Shown here in pieces: positions 48,301-61,300 of a stretch of DNA of 64,000 nt. A program made the position numbers and the translations under genes. The stretch is taken from NCBI GenBank assembly GCA_002269645.1, contig NIVC01001186.1, positions 247,293 to 311,292 of the forward strand. The letters are read 5' to 3'. Below the pieces are notes generated by a model that saw only the letters and a program-made list of their open reading frames with translations, did no database searches and was not told the DNA's origin. Source of the DNA: Macrostomum lignano (lineage: Eukaryota). Position 1 is the first letter of the stretch. Each line of letters starts with the position of its first letter.

Positions 48301-51300
48301 CCCCAGGCTAATCACAGACACCCCAGACTAATCACAGACACCCCAGACTAAGCACAGACACCCCAGACTAATCACAGACACCCCAGACTAAACACAGACA
48401 CCCCAGACTAATCACAGACACCCCAGACTAAGCACAGACACCCCAGACTAAGCACAGACACCCCAGACTAAGCACAGACACCCCAGACTAATCACAGACA
48501 CCCCAGACTAAGCACAGACATCCCAGACTAAGCACAGACACCCCAGACTAATGACAGACACCCCAGACTAATCACAGACACCCCAGACTAATCACAGACA
48601 ACCCAGACTAATCACAGACACCCCAGACTAATCACAGACACCCCAGACTAATCACAGACACCCCAGACTAATCACAGACACCCCAGACTAATGACAGACA
48701 CCCCAGACTAAGCACAGACACCCCAGACTAATGACAGACACGCCAGACTAATCACAGACACCCCAGACTAAGCACAGACACCCCAGACTAATGACAGACA
48801 CCCCAGACTAAGCACAGACACCCCAGACTAATCACAGACACCCCAGACTAATCACAGACACCCCAGACTAAGCACAGACACCCCAGACTAAGCACAGACA
48901 CCCCAGACTAATCACAGACAACCCAGACTAATCACAGACAACCCAGACTAATCACAGACACTCCAGACTAATCACAGACAACCCAGACTAATCACAGACA
49001 CCCCAGACTAATCACAGACACCCCAGACTAATCACAGACACTCCAGGCTAAACACAGACACCCCAGACTAAATACAGACACCCCAGACTAAGCACAGACA
49101 CCCCAGACTAATCACAGACACCCCAGACTAATCACAGACACCCCAGACTAATCACAGACAACCCAGACTAATCACAGACACTCCAGGCTAATCACAGACA
49201 CCCCAGACTAATCACAGACACCCCAGACTAATCACAGACACCCCAGACTAATCACAGACACCCCAGACTAATCACAGACACCCCAGACTAATCACAGACA
49301 CCCCAGACTAAGCACAGACACCCCAGACTAATCACAGACACCCCAGACTAAGCACAGACACCCCAGACTAAGCACAGACACCCCAGACTAAGCACAGACA
49401 CCCCAGACTAATCACAGACACCCCAGACTAATCACAGACAACCCAGACTAATCACAGACACCCCAGACTAATCACAGACACCCCAGACTAATCACAGACA
49501 CCCCAGACTAATCACAGACACCCCAGACTAAGCACAGACACCCCAGACTAATCACAGACACCCCAGACTAAGCACAGACACCCCAGACTAAGCACAGACA
49601 CCCCAGGCTAATCACAGACACCCCAGACTAATCACAGACACCCCAGACTAATCACAGACACTCCAGGCTAATCACAGACACTCCAGGCTAATCACAGACA
49701 CCCCAGACTAATCACAGACACCCCAGACTAAACACAGACACCCCAGACTAATCACAGACACCCCAGACTAATCACAGACACCCCAGACTAAGCACAGACA
49801 CCCCAGACTAATGACAGACACCCCAGACTAAGCACAGACACCCCAGACTAATCACAGACACCCCAGGCTAATCACAGACACTCCAGGCTAATCGCAGACA
49901 CCCCAGGCTAATCACAGACACTCCAGACTAATCACAGACACCCCAGACTAAGCACAGACACCCCAGACTAATCACAGACACCCCAGACTAAGCACAGACA
50001 CCCCAGACTAATGACAGACACCCCAGACTAATCACAGACACCCCAGACTAATCACAGACACCCCAGACTAATCACAGACACTCCAGGCTAATCACAGACA
50101 CTCCAGGCTAATCACAGACACCCCAGACTAATCACAGACACCCCAGACTAAACACAGACACCCCAGACTAATCACAGACACCCCAGACTAATCACAGACA
50201 CCCCAGACTAAGCACAGACACCCCAGACTAATGACAGACACCCCAGACTAAGCACAGACACCCCAGACTAATCACAGACACCCCAGGCTAATCACAGACA
50301 CCCAGACTAATCGCACAGACACCCCAGACTAAGCACAGACACCCCAGACTAAGCACAGACACCCCAGACTAAGCACAGACACCCCAGACTAATCACAGAC
50401 ACCCCAGACTAAGCACAGACACCCAGACTAAGCACAGACACCCCAGACTAATGACAGACACCCCAGACTAATCACAGACACCCCAGACTAATCACAGACA
50501 ACCCAGACTAATCACAGACACCCCAGACTAATCACAGACACCCCAGACTAATCACAGACACCCCAGACTAATCACAGACACCCCAGACTAATGACAGACA
50601 CCCCAGACTAAGCACAGACACCCCAGACTAATGACAGACACCCAGACTAATCACAGACACCCCAGACTAAGCACAGACACCCCAGACTAATGACAGACAC
50701 CCCAGACTAATCACAGACACCCCAGACTAATCACAGACACCCCAGACTAATCACAGACACCCCAGACTAAGCACAGACACCCCAGACTAATCACAGACAC
50801 CCCAGACTAATCACAGACAACCCAGACTAATCACAGACAACCCAGACTAATCACAGACACCCAGACTAATCACAGACACCCAGACTAATCACAGACACCC
50901 CAGACTAATCACAGACACCCCAGACTAATCACAGACACCCAGACTAAACACAGACACCCCAGACTAAACAGACACCCCAGACTAATCACAGACACCCCAG
51001 ACTAATCACAGACACCCCAGACTAATCACAGACACCCCAGACTAATCACAGACAACCCAGACTAATCACAGACACCCAGACTAATCACAGACACCCCAGA
51101 CTAATCACAGACACCCCAGACTAATCACAGACACCCCAGACTAATCACAGACACCCCAGACTAATCACAGACACCCCAGACTAATCACAGACACCCCAGA
51201 CTAAGCACAGACACCCCAGACTAATCACAGACACCCCAGACTAAGCACAGACACCCCAGACTAAGCACAGACACCCCAGACTAATCACAGACACCCCAGA

Positions 51301-54300
51301 CTAATCACAGACACCCCAGACTAATCACAGACACCCAGACTAATCACAGACACCCCAGACTAATCACAGACACCCCAGACTAATCACAGACACCCCAGAC
51401 TAATCACAGACACCCCAGACTAAGCACAGACACCCCAGACTAATCACAGACACCCCAGACTAAGCACAGACACCCCAGACTAATCACAGACACCCCAGGC
51501 TAATCACAGACACCCCAGACTAATCACAGACACCCCAGACTAATCACAGACACTCCAGGCTAATCACAGACACCCAGACTAATCACAGACACCCCAGACT
51601 AATCACAGACACCCCAGACTAAACACAGACACCCCAGACTAATCACAGACACCCCAGACTAATCACAGACACCCCAGACTAAGCACAGACACCCCAGACT
51701 AATGACAGACACCCCAGACTAAGCACAGACACCCCAGGCTAATCACAGACACTCCAGGCTAATCGCAGACACCCCAGGCTAATCACAGACACTCCAGGCT
51801 AATCACAGACACCCCAGACTAAACTCAGACACCCTGTCTAATAACAAACATTTTAAAATGATTTACCTGCAACAGGAAATCCTCCAGACTCAATCTGAGC
51901 ACTTCCGGCGGTAACCTATGCGGCATTCTGGATTCGGCAAATTTCGAATACAATCGATAGCAGACGCCAGGCTGCACTCGACCAGCTCGACCTTCGCGTT
52001 GTCGAGCATTGTCCAGACTGATGGGACTGGCTGACAGGCTGTCGGACATGGCCAAATGATGATAGCCGGACAGCTTAGCAAAGCCGGTGTCAATCACGTA
52101 CACAACGTCGTCAATGGTGAGGGAAGTCTCAGCAATATTAGTAGCCAATACTACCTTTCTTTTGCCGGCTGGTGCAGGTAGGAATACCTGGCGCTGATCC
52201 CGGCTGGGCAGACGAGAGTGCAGAGGCAGTACGTGACAACCATTGGTGCAGGCGGAGTCGGAGTTCTGCCCGATTTTAATTGTTGGTTCATAAATAATAT
52301 CATTTGGTTTTTTTATTGCGTCCTGACTAATTTTTATAGCTAAAAACTAGAATTTCTACTACAAGTAGCGCAGTTAATACGTGCCTAGTATTAAAAATAT
52401 TTTCCTACTTAATTTTTTTAATTTGAGCTTAGGAGCAGTTGACTTAATCCAGAGTGGCAGAGCGCTGCACTCAAAACAACTGCTGCCTTTAGTCTATGGC
52501 CCAAATGCTTAACTAGTGAGTAGTAATTGAAAATTACGTACATATACTCCAATTTTCAATTGCAAAACAAGTAGTAAGGTACCTGTCAGAAATTATGTAC
52601 CACATTTTCCCATTACGAATCAAATAGTAAGGTACCGAACCAGCTGGAACAGGGTATTCTACAGGAATTCCCAATACACAGTAGGGAGGGGGGGACACGC
52701 TTGCTATCTGGGGGCCCGGGGTGCTTACTATCTGGGGGTGCTTGCTATCTGGGGTATGCTTGCTATCTGCGGGATGCTTGCTATCTGGGGGATGCTTGCT
52801 ATCTGGGGGATGCTTGCTATCTGGGAGATGCTTGCTGTCTGGGGGATGCTTGCTGTCTGGGGGATGCTTGCTGTCTGGGGGATGCTTGCTATCTGGGGGT
52901 GCTTGCCATTTGGGGGGATGCTTGCGGTCGTGAAGATGCTTTCTATTTAGGGGGAATGCCTGCTATCTTTGTGAAGGCTTTTTATGTTGTGGTTTTGTTA
53001 CATTTAGAAAAAAAAGAGATTCATAGAAAGCATCTTGGTCCGTGACAATTTTACTGGAATAAGGTGATTATAAAGCTGAAGAAGGAATTGGTTGCTAAAA
53101 TGTTCTGTTTTAATGGATTTGCATGACTAATTTTTGCTCCTTGCTCCTCCCAAGTGTCCCGAAGGGGGGCACTAGATTGCTAGTCCATATACTAAAATCG
53201 GATACTACAAATGATAGAAAAAATCACAGAATATTTGATTACCAGCAGCGTAATTAAATCCTTAATCTGCTTCATTCCGGGCACAAAGACTAGCACAGCC
53301 CCAGCCGGCTGTGTCCTATGCACGTAACTAATCATGTGAGCCACCAGTTCCACGGGCGGCTCCTCGCAGCCCATAGCAACCAGCAGATCCGCATGGCTGG
53401 ATGACAATTGAAACTTCTTCACAGCCTCATTGGCAGCCAATCGGAGCTCGCGTTCCCGCTCAGCCAATCGGGATCGAGCTTCGCGCGGAGCGATCCGATC
53501 AGACCTCAGCCGATTCTGCATTGCCTGCCGATTCTTATTGGCCAGGCTGGTCAAACTGGAGCCCGATTTTGAGAAGAATTCAAAATTTGACTCGCTAAGG
53601 CACTGTTCCAGAGAGCGAACTTTAACCGGGTACAGGCGGCCTTCAACTGACGCGCTTTCGCTTGACGGCCCGAAGTAGCGGCAGAACTGTTCGGCGTCTA
53701 GCGTGGCAGACATGAGCACGAGTTTGAGATCTGGTCGGCTAGGCAAGATTGTTCTCTTTAATTCAGCGAGCAGTAAGTCCGTTTCCGCGCTGCGCTCGTG
53801 TACCTGACAAGTTTGACGAGTCAACAGGTGTACAGGGGTACATGCACTGGAATAATGGGCCGGATGTGCTCAGGCGCAACTATGTCAGAGTCAAATCTCA
53901 TTTCAGTCTTGAGTCCGACGCTCTAACCAACTAGATAATATACTCGTACAATATGAAAGAATTTCACGTCACCTCGTCAACAATCAGATGGCTGACGCTG
54001 GCCAGTGACGGGTCGCTTTCCAGCCATCGCAGCAGAATGCCAACGGTGCAGTACACGATTGAGCCCGCCAGGCGCTGCGGCATCTTGCGCTCCAGACGAA
54101 CCTTTGACGGAAGAATTGGTGAGATTGGAGACATGATTAAAGTGGCGATATAAATGGCCACAGCTGAGGATCTGGGAGGCTGGCCCAGCAGCTGAGGATC
54201 TGGGAGGCTGGCCCAGCATCTGAGGATCAGGGAGGCTGGCCCAGCAACTGACACTCTGGGAGGCTGGCCCAGCAACTGAGGATCTGGGAGGCTGGCCCAG

Positions 54301-56627
54301 CAACTGAGGATCTGGGAGGCTGGCCCAGCATCTGAGGATCTGGGAGGCTGGCCCAGCATCTGAGGATCTGGAAGGCTGGCCCAGCAACTGAGGATCTGGG
54401 AGGCTGGCCCAGCAACTGAGGATCTGGGAGGCTGGCCCAGCAACTGAGGATCTGGGAGGCTGGCCCAGCAACTAAGGATCTGGGAGGCTGGCCCAGCAAC
54501 TAAGGATCTGGGAGGCTGGCCCAGCAACTGAGGATTTGGAAGGCTGGCCCAGCAACTGAGGATCTGGGAGGCTGGCCCAGCAACTGAGGATCTGGAAGGC
54601 TGGCCCAGCAACTGAGGATCTGGGAGGCTGGCCCAGCAACTGAGGATCTGGGAGGCTGGCCCAGCAACTAAGGATCTGGGAGGCTGGCCCAGAAACTAAG
54701 GATCTGGGAGGCTGGCCCAGCAACTGAGGATCTGGGAGGCTGGTGGCCCAGCAACTGAGGATCTGGGAGGCTGGCCCAGCAACTGAGGATCTGGGAGGCT
54801 GGTGGCCCAGCAACTGAGCATCTGGGAGGCTGGCCCAGCAACTGATGATCTGGGAGGCTGGTGGCCCAGCAACTGAGCATCTGGGAGGCTGGCCCAGCAG
54901 CTGAGGTTCTGGAGCTGATATACGCTACAGCAGTCCCGAACCTGGTATCCAACAGACACTCCAAGCCACTCGCCCCGCTCCTCAGCTACTCGTTCAGCTA
55001 GCGCGGTGGCCGCCAGGCGCCTTGGCTGGGTGACCACAACTCGAGCCGTGGAGCCATGACCAGTTGCAATGGCTGAGTCAATCAGCAGCTGCGACATCTG
55101 GGTGGACTTCCCGGATCCAGTCGGGCCGGACATAACCAGCACCTGGCAATTCGCAGAAAGTTGTGTTAAAAAACTACCAAGATATTGGAGCTACACTTGT
55201 CGTATCTCGCTTATATAGACAGACAGACAACACACAAAACACAGACAGGCAGCACATAAAACACAGACAGCACACAAAACACAGACAGGCAGCACATAAA
55301 ACACAGACAGACAACACATAAAACACAGACAGGCAGCACATAAAACACAGACAGACAGCACATAAAACATAGACAGACAGCACACAAAACAAAGACAGGC
55401 AGCACATAAAACAGACAGACAACACATAAAACACAGACAGGCAGCACATAAAACACAGACAGACAACACATAAAACACAGACAGGCAGCACATAAAACAC
55501 AGACAGGCAGCACACAAAACACAGACAGGCAGCACATAAAACACAGAAGGCCCCAATAAGAATCGCACAGCCCCCCCTCACCTGATCGCAGCGGTTCACG
55601 GCGGCAACCAGCCGTTCCCTGGCCTGCCATACGGGCAGCCGCTGCCTGCATTCGGCAATCGCAGGCGAAATTCGCTTCTCCCTCAGCTGCAGCTCCTTCA
55701 TCAGCTTGGCATCCAGTTGGGCATTCGGTTTCAAAGCTTTGTAATTCGCTGAACGACAAGCGACAGCTTCGTCAACCGACATCGCAGACAAACCGGTATC
55801 TCCGCTAACGCCGCCGCTAGCAACACCAGCGTCTGTAGCAACGCCTAGCAACTGTTGCAATCGGACAGCGGTTGAATCGCTCAGTTGAATCAGTTCTGGC
55901 GCATGAAAAATATCCTCAAACTGTCGTTTCTCGCGTTGACGATTGGCGTAAAATAGGCCGATGTCACGGCCGCGAAGGTGGCTGGGATGACGCGAGCCAC
56001 TGGCGGCCGGCTGCTCGGTCCAAGCATCCACCCAGCAACTGCCGGCGGCCTGCTGCTGTTGCTTCCGCTGCTTCCGATCTGCTTTTGATCCTCCAGGAAC
56101 GCCTTTCTTCTTGGCGTCGCGCTGACGCCGACTGGTTGGGTTGTTAGGATCTAGCGACACTGGGTGAAAGAATCGGGTTGGATTAATTAATAAAGTTTAT
56201 TACACTACATATCGGTGGGTTTCATAGACTCGAACTTTTTGCATCAACCAAGATAACATTTTTCACATCTCTAGACACTAATAAAATTACCTCTACAAAA
56301 TAGTTTACACTACATATCGGTAGACAATTTATTATTTGCCTTTTTAAAATTTGTCAATTTCATTGTAAACCTGCTTTACCAGTTTAATGCCAATTTTTCC
56401 TTTAATTAAAGATCCTCCAACTTTGAGAATAACAATATAGCTTCTAGAATCGTGTATTGCAAGCAGAATTACACTCACTTCTATATGATAGCGATAGCCG
56501 GTGACAATTAGCGAGTGGTCTGCTAGTACGGCCGCTTGACAGTAGTTGATATATTCGACTTGTCAGCATGAAATGTTAGTGTCAAATTAAGAGAATCATG
56601 TCAATTTATATCTATACTGTACTTACT
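45345..56627 (-). CDS. DHX36: DEAH-box G-quadruplex helicase DHX36/RHAU, about 1068 aa; exons (A at 56627), 56159-55582, 55142-54942, 54101-53973, 53803-53243, 52265-51867, 47793-46615, 45503-45345
   Basis: The RHAU-specific motif [18 protein letters not shown] (cf. HPGHLKGREIGMWYAKKQ), plus [16 protein letters not shown]|[23 protein letters not shown], and HA2/OB-fold regions. Internal junctions are GT-AG phase 0. The 5' exon is tentative. Confidence 0.92.
45660..46530. repeat. 16-bp intronic minisatellite (tgtcctggtgtctcaa)
   Basis: Tandem units read directly. Confidence 0.92.
47050..47240. repeat. Exonic 21-bp repeat encoding (DQSVNRS/F)n inside DHX36
   Basis: About 9 in-frame 7-aa units in ORF 46540..47745. 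Confidence 0.9.
47860..51830. repeat. 20-bp minisatellite (cacagacaccccagactaat), about 4 kb, in a DHX36 intron
   Basis: About 200 tandem units. Confidence 0.97.
52700..52925. repeat. 18-bp intronic minisatellite (tgcttgctatctggggga)
   Basis: Tandem units read directly. Confidence 0.88.
54165..54910. repeat. 28-bp intronic minisatellite (ctgaggatctgggaggctggcccagcaa)
   Basis: Tandem units read directly. Confidence 0.93.
55215..55545. repeat. 22-bp intronic minisatellite (aacacagacaggcagcacataa)
   Basis: Tandem units read directly. Confidence 0.9.
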
Positions 56628-56649
56628 TATAGATAGATCACCAGCTGTA

Positions 56650-57035
56650 TAGATTGGTCAGATCATTTTTAAGATTGGCCTAATCATTTTTAAGATTGGC
56701 CTGATCATTCTATTGACTGATCGGATCATTAATTTTAGATTGGTCTGATCATTGTATAGATTGTTTTGATCATTGTATAGAGTGGCTTGATCATTGTATA
56801 GATTGGTCTGATCATTGTATAGATTGTTCTGATCATTGTATAGATTGGTCTGATCATTGTATAGATTGTTTTGATCATTGTATAGAGTGGCTTGATCATT
56901 GTATAGATTGTTCTGATCATTGTATAGAGTGGCTTGATCATTGTATAGATTGGTCTGATCATTGTATAGATTGTTCTGATCATTGTATAGATTGGTCTGA
57001 ACATTGTATAGATTGGTCAGATTAATGATAGATTG
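56650..57035. repeat. 21-bp minisatellite (gattggtctgatcattgtata) at the 5' end of DHX36
   Basis: Tandem units read directly. Confidence 0.9.
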
Positions 57036-58313
57036 GTCGCGTCATTGTAAAAAAAACATAATTACTGAATACCATTCAATTAAAAAATATCCTATAATCA
57101 ACACAAAAATAACCAATAGCAGTAAGAATATAAACAAATTAAGCCTTTTTAAAAGAAAGAAATATAAACGAAACAGTAAATTTATTTGAGATGCAACAAC
57201 TTTGCGAAATCAGCACCAAACAATCTTTAAGACTGTCGCTCAGATGCACCAATATTATAGATAAGCAGAGTTAGTAATGCCTAGGTGTGTATAATGTAAT
57301 TGCCGATCCAAAAATTACTTTGTTATTCAATGAACAGGTAAGGAAGTGATTATCATTGGAATCTAATGAATATGCAACATTATAAAACTTTTCATGGAAA
57401 ATGAGCTATTACGACTTTCAAATAAATTAACTCCAAGAAACATATCGCCTTATGAAAGAATAAGTAAAGATAGCAACAAAATAACAAATTATAAAGTACA
57501 GATAGAAAATGCTTCTCCAGAAAAATGCTTACTTAAAATTTTTTGACTTTAAACGCAAAACTGAAAGGTCCATGGATATTTTAAGCAACAAATTTATTAA
57601 TATATTATTACTATAAGTAGTCATACAATTACGTGAATTGAACAATTTATAAAGCAAATCTGATACGAAAAAAATGTTGCATTAATGAACAGGTCATTTT
57701 TACACGCAGGTTAGGTGAAGACCACAGATACTAAAATAAATAGGCATAGGCATTTATACTTAGCAAAACAGCTTTCTACTTTCAGTTCAGTAGCAAAGAA
57801 GAATACAGAAGCTATTTTATAAAACTACAGATAGCTGAAATGACTTTGATAAGTTTAGAAGCCTTGGTTCAACAATAATGTACATTAGCCAGTCCACTGA
57901 AATGTACATTGCAGCTTTAGGCTGGAATTCCGAGAAAGGCAATAAAAATTGGGGTGGTAGTGTGGAAAGGCGCGGTTGGAAAGAGGCAATAAATGAACCT
58001 TGGCTTTAAAAATACATAAAAATGCTTCAGTTTAACTTGCTACTGAACTGAAAGTAGTTTACACGCAAATGTGCTGAGTGGCCCATTTAGTTATGCCAGT
58101 ATCTGTGGTAAAGACAAGGTAAGGTGCACCAGCTCAAAACCCTGATTAACCGGTCAGGAACACCACATCAAATATACGCTTTAATAACCGATATAGTACA
58201 ACCTAAACAACCTGGTTATCTGAAGACTTCACAGAAACGAAAAACATACTGAAGCAAGACGCTAATATACAGAACAAGAAAGGTCAATCAAGCATATTTA
58301 AACACACATAAAG

Positions 58314-61300
58314 TCAGGACTTGTTTCTCAATTCAGTGAGCAATTGTTTAACGCCAAATCTGGCTGGTCGATCGCGAATCAAACAGCCAGTCAGACAGGC
58401 TGCTAAAGCGGTAGACAAGGCGAACCCTGTGTCCGACCGGTGCCTGGGCAGCCAATCAGGCAGCGGCACCGGGTCCCGGCCGTGTCTCAACTGATAGGCA
58501 AGCGACGGGAAATCTTTGAGATGAGCAAACGGAGTGCTGCCCCACAGCATCAGGTACAGGATGCAGCCAAGCGACCACACGTCGGATTTGCGAGAAAAAA
58601 TCGGCTTCTCATCTGGACTCCACACAATAGTCTCCGGAGCCATGAAACCTAATGTGGCGTGTACTTCATTTTTCAGCATGTCGCTAGTAACCGATTGGTC
58701 AAGCACGTGAGCGGCACCCAGATCGATCAGCTTAGGCAGGCCCCGGCATAGGACAAAATTAGCCGGCTTTAAGTCCATGTGTACGCAGCCGACAGAGTGC
58801 ATGGCTTGCACGCAAAGCAGCATTTGTTCCCAGTAAAACGCCACCCCGCTTAGCGGCAGGCCGGGATTTGCCGACAGAAATTTAGCGAAATCGCAGTCGC
58901 CATATTCTATTAGTAGTAGGAGACGGTTGTTGCGAATTTCGTGAGCGAATAGCTTCACTACCTGCGGGTGGGCGGCGGTGGTACCGGTTCTTCAGGGAAT
59001 GCCGATTTTCACAATCTCAGATTCTTCAGGGAATGCCGATTTTCACACTTTCAGATTCTTCAGGGAATGCCGATTTTCACACTCTCAGATTCTTCAGGGA
59101 ATGCCGATTTTCACACTTTCAGATTCTTCAGGGAATGCCGATTTTCACACTGCCAGATTCTTCAGGGAATGCCGATTTTCACACTCTCAGATTCTTCAGG
59201 GAATGCCGATTTTCACACTCTCAGATTCTTCAGGGAATGCCGATTTTCACACTTTCAGATTCTTCAGGGAATGCCGATTTTCACAGTCCCTGATTCTTCA
59301 GGAAATGCCGATTTTCACAGTCCCTGATTCTTCAGGGAATGCCGATTTTCACACTCTCAGATTCTTCAGGGAATGCCGATTTTCACACTCTCAGATTCTT
59401 CAGGGAATGCCGATTTTCACACTCTCAGGTTCTTCAGGGAATGCCGATATGGACCCCCGATGCCTCAGGGAATGCCGATCTGGACCCCCGATGCCTCAGG
59501 GAATGCCGATTTTCACACTGCCAGATTCTTCAGGGAATGCCGATTTTCACACTCTCAGATTCTTCAGGGAATGCCGATTTTCACACTGCCAGATTCTTCA
59601 GGGAATGCCGATTTTCACACTCTCAGATTCTTCAGGGAATGCCGATTTTCACACTCTCAGATTCTTCAGGGAATGCCGATTTTCACACTCTCAGATTCTT
59701 CAGGGAATGCCGATTTTCACACTCTCAGGTTCTTCAGGGAATGCCGATTTTCACACTCTCAGGTTCTTCAGGGAATGCCGATTTTCACACTCTCAGATAC
59801 TTCAGGGAATGCCGATTTTCACACTCTCAGATTCTTCAGGGAATGCCGATTTTCACACTCTCAGATTCTTCAGGGAATGCCGATTTTCACCTCTCAGATA
59901 CTTCAGGGAATGCCGATATGGACCCCCGATGCCTCAGGGAATGCCGATCTGGACCCCCGATGCCTCAGGGAATGCCGATCTGGACCCCTTTGGATTTGAA
60001 CGCTGCTAAACTCTCCAATACTTCAGGGAATGCCGCTACACCCTCCAATACTTCAGGGAATGCCGCTACACTCTCCAATACTTCAGGGACTTCCGCTACA
60101 CCCTCTCTTCAGCTTAGCCAACAAAACGCCAGTCTCACCTTTCCAGAATCCTTCAACAGCTGCAAATACTTTAACTCTTTCTGCTCCTCAATCGATCCCT
60201 CGCCTTCCAATCTAGTATCCTTGAGCGCGAAGAACTCTCCTTTAGTGGAGGCCACCAGGCTGACCGTACCGAAGCCACCTCGGCCGATTTCGCGCAGCAC
60301 TCGAAGCTGATAATCACCCAGGCTGACCAGTTGACCCCAGGACTCCGCACCGCCGCAGTTGCCAGTGCCAATTGAAGTGCCTCTAGCGCGACCAGTTGCT
60401 GTTGAACAATCGGCATGATTAGCCGTGTGCTCAGCCGATCCAACTTTCATCAGAGTGCTCAAACCGCCAGCATTGGTCAGATCGGCGTAGCCGGACTCGC
60501 CAACCAGCTCGGCTGGGCAGATCTGTCGGAGAGCCGCCCGACGTAGCAGCGGCACGCAGTCAGACTCGAGATAGCGCAGCGCGTTCAACGGACTGTCTGT
60601 AGCAGGTTGGCCGCCAGGGCTTGACCGTTTGCCTGTCAACATAGCCAGAGCCGATGACAGCGCAGATGACACGGAGCCTGACAGGGCGGCAGCCAAATGG
60701 ATGGCTTCTTCTAATCGTTTGGCAGCCATCTCGGAGTCTGAGCAGCCGCGGAGCAGGCCTCCGCCGCCCAGGATGTAGCCGGCGCGGAGTACAGCGCAGG
60801 CGCTAAGGCACAGCGACAGGGGGCGAGTAGCCAAGTGCTGCTTGATTGACACGGCCTGTGGAAATGGACCAGCGGCTTTACAATATAACAGAGGCATACA
60901 TGCGCAACTGCTGACTGACCTGGCCGATCCCGCCACCATAAATTGTGGTCGACCAGGGGTAAGTCGCAAAAATGCCCACCCGAAAAAATACAGGCGTAGT
61001 ACTAATTAGATGACGAGGAATCCAGCCTTTATAAGACAGTTATAGTTACTCCTGCCTTTTACCCATAATTGCGTTAATTGCTTAAAGGTTTATTTCATAG
61101 GTAAGTCGCATGGCCAGTGTAAATCAATGTTTGCAATGTTGTTTGCAATGACTCTTTTATCGATTCTTGTCACGATAGCGTTTTCAAAGAGGATTTAAAA
61201 ATTAGAAAGAATTAACGGGAGCCTAACACTAAGGACGACTTAAGTAGTAGGACGGGATATATTATTTCTTAGAAATTTTTTGAAGGCAGGTATTTCCAAA

